From Methanocorpusculum sp. (lineage in GTDB: Archaea; Halobacteriota; Methanomicrobia; Methanomicrobiales; Methanocorpusculaceae), in assembly GCF_030655665.1 (NCBI RefSeq), contig NZ_JAUSPQ010000004.1, positions 98,948 to 130,947 on the forward strand: 32,000 bases of DNA, in the 5' to 3' direction. The position numbers and the translations under genes are program-made. The notes under the pieces were generated by a model, which ran no database searches, was not told the origin of the DNA, and saw only the letters and a program-made list of their open reading frames with translations. This document shows, piece after piece, positions 25,772-32,000 of this stretch (the stretch's first letter is position 1; every line of letters starts with the position of its first letter).

Positions 25772-27637
25772 TTAATCCTTTTTGACTTCGTAGTCTGCGT
25801 CTACGACATTGTCGTCGGTTTTGCAGGAGTCACAGTTTCCTTCACATCCAGAACCGGCCGCATTGCCTGCTGCCTGCTGTTCTTCCTGGATCTTCTGGTA
25901 CATCTTGGAGGTCGCAGCGAAGACTACTTCCTGAAGGGCGTCCATCTTCTCTTTGATCTCCTCGGAGGATGCATCCTCCTTTGCAAGGACGTCTTTGAGA
26001 GCAGAGGCGCCTGACGAAATCTTTTCCTTGTCTTCGGTGTCGATCTTGGCGGAAGTCTCTTTGTCGTTGACGAGTTTTTCTGCAGCGTAAACGGCGTTGT
26101 CGGCGTTGTTACGGAGTTCGATCTCATCACGGCGTTTCTTGTCCTCTTCCTCGAACTGTTTTGCGTCCTTGACCATCTTATCGATCTCGTCGTCCTTGAG
26201 ATCTTTTCTGCCGGAGATGGTCATCGACTGCTCGTGACCGGTTCCAAGATCCTTTGCTGAGACGTGGACGATACCGTTTGCATCGATATCGAAGGTAACC
26301 TCGATCTGCGGCATACCGCGGGGTGCCGACGGGATGCCGGTAAGCTGAAATCTGCCGAGACTGAAGTTGTCGCGGGCGAACTGACGTTCTCCCTGCACGA
26401 CATGGATCTCAACAGAGGTCTGATTGTCTGCAGCGGTCGAGAAGATCTGACTCTTTCTGGTTGGGATGGTGGTGTTTCTCTCGATGAGTTTGGTGGCGAT
26501 GCCGCCGAGGGTCTCAATACCGAGGGTCAGCGGGGTGACATCAAGTAAGACGACGTCTTTGGTCTCTCCGGTGAGGACTGCTCCCTGGACTGCTGCACCG
26601 AGTGCAACACACTCGTCAGGGTTGAGGGTCTTGTCGGGTTCTTTACCGAGGAGGCTTCTGACGGTCTCGATGACGACTGGGACACGGGTCGATCCGCCGA
26701 CAAGGAGAACATGGTTGATGTCGGAAGCGCTGAGGCCTGCATCCTTTAATGCCTGCTTGACGGGTTCGACGGTCTTCTGGACAAGGTCGCCGATAAGCTG
26801 CTCGAACTTTGCACGGGTCAGATCGACATCCAAGTGTTTTGGTCCGTCGGTGGTCGCAGTGATATATGGGAGGTTGATGCTTGCCTTCTGAAGTGAGGAA
26901 AGTTCGATCTTTGCCTTCTCGGCAGCATCCTTCAGCCGCTGGTGTGCGACCGGATCCTTTCTCAGGTCAACGCCTTCCTTCTTCTTGAACTCGTCGGCAA
27001 GGAAGTCAACGACGCGTGCATCGAAATCATCTCCTCCGAGACGGTTGTTTCCTGCGGTCGATTTGACTTCGAAGAGTCCGTCGTCAAGAGTAAGGATGGA
27101 GACATCGAAGGTTCCTCCACCAAGGTCGTAGACGAGGACGGTGACTTCGTTTTCTTTGTCGAGGCCGTATGCAAGTGCCGAGGCAGTAGGTTCGTTGATG
27201 ATACGAAGGACTTCAAGTCCGGCGATCTTGCCTGCATCTTTGGTTGCCTGACGCTGGGCGTCGTTGAAGTAGGCCGGGACCGTGATTACGGCTTTGTCGA
27301 CTTTTTCTCCAAGGTATGCCTCTGCATCCATCTTGAGTTTCTGCAGGATCATTGCAGAGATCTCCTGAGGAGAGTATTTTTTGCCGTCGATCTCGGTCGG
27401 ATGTTCGGTACCCATGTACCGTTTGATCGAGCTGACGGTTCTTCCGGGGTTGATGATCGCCTGACGTTTTGCAACGTTTCCAACGAGTCTCTCTCCATCT
27501 TTGGAGAATCCGACTACAGACGGGGTTGTTCTGAATCCTTCTGCGTTTGCGATGACAACAGGGCTCCCGCCTTCCATGATTGCAAGGCAGGAGTTGGTGG
27601 TCCCGAGGTCAATTCCGATTACTTTGTTTGATGCCAT
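25772..27637 (-). CDS. dnaK: Chaperone protein DnaK (Hsp70)
   Basis: 621 aa; [62 protein letters not shown]. Confidence 0.99.
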   Translation of the reverse strand: MASNKVIGIDLGTTNSCLAIMEGGSPVVIANAEGFRTTPSVVGFSKDGERLVGNVAKRQAIINPGRTVSSIKRYMGTEHPTEIDGKKYSPQEISAMILQKLKMDAEAYLGEKVDKAVITVPAYFNDAQRQATKDAGKIAGLEVLRIINEPTASALAYGLDKENEVTVLVYDLGGGTFDVSILTLDDGLFEVKSTAGNNRLGGDDFDARVVDFLADEFKKKEGVDLRKDPVAHQRLKDAAEKAKIELSSLQKASINLPYITATTDGPKHLDVDLTRAKFEQLIGDLVQKTVEPVKQALKDAGLSASDINHVLLVGGSTRVPVVIETVRSLLGKEPDKTLNPDECVALGAAVQGAVLTGETKDVVLLDVTPLTLGIETLGGIATKLIERNTTIPTRKSQIFSTAADNQTSVEIHVVQGERQFARDNFSLGRFQLTGIPSAPRGMPQIEVTFDIDANGIVHVSAKDLGTGHEQSMTISGRKDLKDDEIDKMVKDAKQFEEEDKKRRDEIELRNNADNAVYAAEKLVNDKETSAKIDTEDKEKISSGASALKDVLAKEDASSEEIKEKMDALQEVVFAATSKMYQKIQEEQQAAGNAAGSGCEGNCDSCKTDDNVVDADYEVKKD

Positions 27638-27651
27638 TTTTAGTACCTTTA

Positions 27652-28278
27652 TTATTCTTTTTTCTTCGCTACGGCCACTTTTGCGTGACGAAGCACCTTG
27701 TCGCGGATCGTGTATCCAGGAACGGCGATGTCGATGATCGCACCTTCGGGAGCGTCTGCGGGGATGCAGGCGACGGCTTCATGGAATGCGGGATCGAACG
27801 TTGTTCCCGTGATTTTCATTGGTTCTATGCCGTTTCTCGAAAGGATGGACAGATACAGTTTGTGGATCTGCTCGAGTCCGTCACGAAGATTTTCGTCATC
27901 GCTTTTGAGAGCACGTTCGAAGTTGTCGAGGATGTCAATGATGTCGAGCGCAAACTTTTCGTTTGCATACCTGACAGCGCTTTCCTGATCGCGTTTAGCA
28001 CGCTTTCTGTAGTTTTCGAATTCTGCTGCGAGACGAAGATGTTTGTCATTGAGTTCATCGTATTTTTTTGTGAGTTCGTCAACAACAGTGGTTTCAGGAA
28101 CGGGATTCTCATCCGGGTTTGTGATTTCTGCCTGGGAAGAGTCAGTGTTTTTGACCTCCTTTGGCTCGGTGTGTTTGTCCATGGCTTTTCCTGTTTCGCT
28201 TGTTGCACATATTTGTTGTATTGCAGTTCTATATATTAGTTTTGTTTGTGGACCATACTGATATGCAAATGTATTCAC
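27652..28278 (-). CDS. grpE: Nucleotide exchange factor GrpE
   Basis: 208 aa; [18 protein letters not shown]...[12 protein letters not shown]...DPAFHEAV...[16 protein letters not shown]. Confidence 0.95.
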   Translation of the reverse strand: MNTFAYQYGPQTKLIYRTAIQQICATSETGKAMDKHTEPKEVKNTDSSQAEITNPDENPVPETTVVDELTKKYDELNDKHLRLAAEFENYRKRAKRDQESAVRYANEKFALDIIDILDNFERALKSDDENLRDGLEQIHKLYLSILSRNGIEPMKITGTTFDPAFHEAVACIPADAPEGAIIDIAVPGYTIRDKVLRHAKVAVAKKKE

Positions 28279-28350
28279 TCCATACTAGAAGGGAAGGAGT
28301 CTGAAAGAAAAAAGCGCGATGACAGGCAAAATAATGTGGAGGTGAGAGGA

Positions 28351-28791
28351 TTATCTGTTTTCTTCCAGATATTGGATCCAGAGCATATTGTTTTCTTTGC
28401 AGAGTTCATAGCCTTTTAGCATACCATAGATCCACAAAGCAAAGGGCACGAGGAACGTCCAGCAGAAGAGAATGGACAACACCAGGTGAAGAACCCCAAG
28501 TCCAACACGTCCGGCATACATGAGTCCGGCACCGATGATGAAAAATCCCAGAATAACGGCGAGAAATTCGCTTTTCTCACCGGTGACCAGATCACCATGT
28601 GCATTTCGTGGGAGATTGCTGCGGGGCTTATTATGTATTCGTGTTCCGCACACAGGACATAGCTCAGCGGTGGTAAGAATTTCAGCACCGCACCCTGGAC
28701 AAAATGGCATAATCAGATACTCCATATCAACGGATCGTATGATCCGGCTAACTATGATTGATTTGCCTTTGCAAGAGATAAGCATTCTCAA
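28351..28791 (-). CDS. Zinc-ribbon plus TM2-domain membrane protein
   Basis: 146 aa; FCPGCGAEILTTAELCPVCGTR; C-terminal GFFIIGAGLMYAGRVGLGVLHL. Confidence 0.8.
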   Translation of the reverse strand: MRMLISCKGKSIIVSRIIRSVDMEYLIMPFCPGCGAEILTTAELCPVCGTRIHNKPRSNLPRNAHGDLVTGEKSEFLAVILGFFIIGAGLMYAGRVGLGVLHLVLSILFCWTFLVPFALWIYGMLKGYELCKENNMLWIQYLEENR

Positions 28792-28836
28792 AACGGCATC
28801 ATATAAAAAAATAAAAAATAAAAAGATTTTTTGTTC

Positions 28837-29520
28837 TTACTCGAACAGATTGGCGAGATACTTTGCTCCCCAGAAGTAGAGGAACGGCATGATGAAGATC
28901 AGAATGACCCAGCCGAGGATCGGGATCATTAAGCAGATGAGGATGATCGCACCGAAGATGATCCAGAAGAGGATGAGCGAAAGGATGTACTTGAGCCAGC
29001 CTGCTTTGCTGATCATTCTGAATATTTCACCGAAGTGGAACGCAGCACCGAATCCGTTGCGGGCAAAGTTGACCACAGCCGGTTTTGCGAACAGAGCAAA
29101 CAGGAATGTGACGATGATACAGAGCAGAATCAGACCGAACATGAGGGCAAAACCCACACCTGTCGTGACCACGGGTACGACCGGAGACATCGCCGACATC
29201 GTTGACATTGGCGTCACGGTGGTAACTGAACTGATCGTGAACATGCCGACCGAGATAACAATCGTAAGAATGATCGGAATGATCATGTAGATGATACCAA
29301 TGATCAGTGCAAGAAGACCGTCAACAAAGGATTTTCCCATATTGTCGAGATTTGGTTCATCGCCGCGAAGGATCTTCACAAATGTTCCGTAGACTATCCA
29401 GTTGACGATCGGGATAAGGTTGAGGATCGAGAGGATCAGCCATGTTCCGATGTTGCCCCCGAGTTTCTCTTTTGCAAACCCAAAGGACGCGGTTAAATTT
29501 TCTCCAATTTCAATTGACAT
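28837..29520 (-). CDS. DUF4013-like membrane protein
   Basis: 227 aa; GTWLILSILNLIPIVNWIVYGTFVKILRGDEPNLDNMGKSFVDGLLALIIGIIYMI; paralogous to 29648-30304. Confidence 0.75.
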   Translation of the reverse strand: MSIEIGENLTASFGFAKEKLGGNIGTWLILSILNLIPIVNWIVYGTFVKILRGDEPNLDNMGKSFVDGLLALIIGIIYMIIPIILTIVISVGMFTISSVTTVTPMSTMSAMSPVVPVVTTGVGFALMFGLILLCIIVTFLFALFAKPAVVNFARNGFGAAFHFGEIFRMISKAGWLKYILSLILFWIIFGAIILICLMIPILGWVILIFIMPFLYFWGAKYLANLFE

Positions 29521-29647
29521 AGTATAACCATCTCTTTGTATTGAGATTTATATTATAAGGACGCAGGCATATATAAAACGATTTTGCCGCAAAGAAAAGA
29601 TCTGCAGAACCTAAAATGAAAATTAAAAAAAAAATGTTTTGGTATTC

Positions 29648-30304
29648 TTACGCAAACAGGTTTGTCCAGAACTTGCTGGCCCAGACGATGAGGAAGGGTA
29701 AAATGATGATCATAACAAGCCATCCAATGAACGGGATCATGCCAAGAAGACCAATGATACCAAAGATGACTGCAAGGATGATGATGCATAAGATGTACTT
29801 AAGCCAGCCGGCCTTTGCGACCATGCCGAAGATCTCACTGAAGTTGAATGCTGCGCCAAATCCTTTGCGGGCAAAGTTGACTATTGCCGGAGTCATGATG
29901 AGGGCAAACAGAATGAATATTATGATACAGAGAAGGATCAGTCCCATACTTGCTGCAAGGGCAGCAAACATCGCGGCTCCGCCCACTGATCCGGTAGGTG
30001 ACATGAAAACGCTGCCGATCATCAGACTGCCGACGCCAAGGAGGATAGCGATGATCGTCGGGATAAGCATGTAGATGAATGCGATGATGAATAAAAGAAG
30101 ACCATCAACAAAGGATTTCCCGATGTTTTCAACTTTCGGGTCCTCTCCGCGGTAAACCTTCAGGTATGTTCCCATTGCGATGAAGTTAACGATCGGGATG
30201 ATGGTCAGGATCATCAAAATGATCCAGTTACCAATACTTCCCACGAGTTTATCTTTTGCATAACCAAAAGATTCGGTTAAATTTTCTCCAATTCCAATTG
30301 ACAT
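29648..30304 (-). CDS. DUF4013-like membrane protein
   Basis: 218 aa; GNWIILMILTIIPIVNFIAMGTYLKVYRGEDPKVENIGKSFVDGLLLFIIAFIYML; paralogous to 28837-29520. Confidence 0.75.
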   Translation of the reverse strand: MSIGIGENLTESFGYAKDKLVGSIGNWIILMILTIIPIVNFIAMGTYLKVYRGEDPKVENIGKSFVDGLLLFIIAFIYMLIPTIIAILLGVGSLMIGSVFMSPTGSVGGAAMFAALAASMGLILLCIIIFILFALIMTPAIVNFARKGFGAAFNFSEIFGMVAKAGWLKYILCIIILAVIFGIIGLLGMIPFIGWLVMIIILPFLIVWASKFWTNLFA

Positions 30305-30703
30305 AATAATACCATCTCCTTTTTTGAGATAGTTTATAGAAGAACGTTCTAGTATATAAAGTCACTTCTGAAGTATCTATTATGTTAAACAATATATCCG
30401 GATTTATCAACGGGAAACACAGAATTGACTCGAAACACACGGCATTATCGGGAAAATGCAACCTGACCGGAAAGGATTTGATGAAGAACGCATATCACGC
30501 GCTTTGGCAGGGTCGGATGATATGGATGGATGACGGGCATAATGCACGGTTTATGCCTACGTCCGCGGGGATCATCAGAAATGAGGGACCTGGAACACCT
30601 CGGCGGATAGCCAAAACAGGTAAAAACAGACTGGGTAAAAATAATGTTGAAAGGATGCAGGAGTCTCCCGCATCTATTTTATGAAATTATAAGGGATTAT
30701 CCC

Positions 30704-31018
30704 TTAGCGGGTCAGGTGCTGGGTCCAGAGTTCGTTGTTCTCTTTAATGGCCTTGTAGGTCAGATAGAGAGCCACGATCCAGACGATAACTGCGAGGATA
30801 GCGGGAATGATCAGGACTGCGAAAAATGCACAGATGATCTCTATAATGAAGAGAGCAATACCAAGTCCGACGCGTCCCGCATAGGCAAGTCCGATCCCTC
30901 CAAGGAAGAACCAGAGGACAATTCCCAGAATCATACTTTTTTCACCGCTGACAACTTTTCCATAGGATGTTGTCGGCAGTCCGTTTCCATTAACCATAAT
31001 TATGTTACTCCTTGCCAT
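30704..31018 (-). CDS. TM2-domain-like small membrane protein
   Basis: 104 aa; KSMILGIVLWFFLGGIGLAYAGRVGLGIALFIIEIICAF. Confidence 0.75.
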   Translation of the reverse strand: MARSNIIMVNGNGLPTTSYGKVVSGEKSMILGIVLWFFLGGIGLAYAGRVGLGIALFIIEIICAFFAVLIIPAILAVIVWIVALYLTYKAIKENNELWTQHLTR

Positions 31019-31325
31019 TCAATCAAATCGAATGATTTTCAGACATCCGTATATTACGCATACTGAGATATAAATATATCCGAAATACTACCGAAGATAA
31101 AGATAAAATCAGGCTGCATTCAGGTTATTCTCAAAAGGATAGAGATCCACCGTTTTTTTGTTTCCGGGAAATACAGGGAAAAACCCGGCGCAGAGTATAA
31201 ATTACTGACAAACTTATTAATATAGATACGGGCATCATCCACGACGTATGAGTCTGTACAAAATCATGTGTGGAGATAAAGTGATAATTTATCATGAGAA
31301 ATAAGAGCAAACTCAGGGGTGAAAC

Positions 31326-31865
31326 GTGAGTAACGTTTTCCCCGCAATACTCGCAGGTGCTGCAGCATTCATCATCTATCTGATACTGTCTGCAGGTTCG
31401 GCAACACCAAACGACGGGATCCTTCTCTGGTCATCCGCAGAAATCATCATTGGACTAATTCTTTCGATTATAACCGGGTTGATATGCCGGAAACTCTGGG
31501 TCGGAAAAAGCTATAGAATGGCAAACCCGCTTCGCTGGCTCCTCCTGATCGTCTATATCATTCCGTTTCTAATCGAACTTATTATTGCAAATCTGACCGT
31601 AGCCTGGAAGATCGTCACCGGCAGAAATATCAGACCTGGGATCGTGAAACTCACGCCTGGCATGAAAACCGACGGAGGCGCACTGCTTCTTTCGGCATCC
31701 ATCACCTATCAGCCGGGAACGGCCACGGTGGACGTGAATGACGAGACCAGGGAACTTTACGTCCACTGTCTCGATGTCGGCGAAGATCCAAAAGGGATCA
31801 TACCTGCAGATAAGATCTTCACGAAGATCGATCTCGCTAAATGGATCAGGAGGATCACCGAATGA
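31326..31865 (+). CDS. mnhE: Mrp/Mnh-type Na+/H+ antiporter subunit E
   Basis: 179 aa; YIIPFLIELIIANLTVAWKIVTGRNIRPGIVKLTP...ALLLSASITYQPGTATVDV. Confidence 0.88.
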   Translation: MSNVFPAILAGAAAFIIYLILSAGSATPNDGILLWSSAEIIIGLILSIITGLICRKLWVGKSYRMANPLRWLLLIVYIIPFLIELIIANLTVAWKIVTGRNIRPGIVKLTPGMKTDGGALLLSASITYQPGTATVDVNDETRELYVHCLDVGEDPKGIIPADKIFTKIDLAKWIRRITE

Positions 31866-32000
31866 ACGATATATTCATGATCGCAGCGATCATTTTCGTG
31901 CTTCTCATCTTTGCATGCGGGGTTCGAATCTGGCGCGGACCGACAAATGCCGACCGTATGCTCGCACTCGAAGTGGTCAACATCCTCGTTGTCACCATCA
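31862..32000 (+). CDS. mnhF: Mrp/Mnh-type antiporter subunit F, truncated by window edge
   Basis: ATG overlapping mnhE stop; MNDIFMIAAIIFVLLIFACGVRIWRGPTNADRMLALEVVNILVVTI. Confidence 0.85.
   Translation, partial: MNDIFMIAAIIFVLLIFACGVRIWRGPTNADRMLALEVVNILVVTI

Noticed and set aside
26942-27631. 229-aa plus-strand ORF over dnaK
   Set aside because: Shadow of the highly conserved dnaK; same for 23571-24158 over purH and 27580-28239 over grpE.
1-32000. CRISPR array, tRNA or rRNA genes
   Set aside because: No regularly spaced direct repeats, no tRNA-like cloverleaf and no rRNA-like segment noticed by eye; tRNAscan and CRISPR software were not available.

Overview
Archaeal chromosomal window. 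Gene content and protein resemblance suggest a Methanomicrobiales methanogen, possibly near Methanocorpusculum (inference; no database search was run). Housekeeping genes: truncated MCM helicase (minus), PaaI-type thioesterase, aldehyde dehydrogenase, TrmB-like regulator, SDR oxidoreductase, MTH865-like protein, PlsC-like acyltransferase, bifunctional purH, grpE-dnaK-dnaJ, TM2 and DUF4013 membrane proteins, and the start of an Mrp antiporter operon. Three parts stand out. (1) An approx. 7.7 kb metal/metalloid island (11268-18963) contains a convincing mercury-methylation pair, hgcA (cap-helix NVWCAAGKG) and hgcB (CMECGAC). It also has an ArsD-like protein, two ArsR regulators, two DUF318-type permeases, an LMWP-type ArsC-like protein, ACR3, a thioredoxin-like protein and two DGC-like Cys-rich proteins. 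The hgcA promoter region is a decayed copy of the operator/arsD-like/arsR segment found 1.8 kb downstream, and the HgcA N-terminus resembles a small Cys-rich peptide encoded after the intact arsR. (2) An AT-rich, uncharacterised 637-aa protein with a C-terminal PD-(D/E)XK-like motif (4817-6730, minus) is bracketed by long inverted repeats: a possible defence or mobile cassette. (3) There are further accessory or defence-like genes: an HsdR-N/COG4748-like nuclease protein, a zinc-ribbon plus nucleoside-deoxyribosyltransferase/TIR-like protein, and a frameshifted Imm-5-like gene. A palindromic repeat family and a long hairpin element are also present. No CRISPR array, tRNA or rRNA was recognised.
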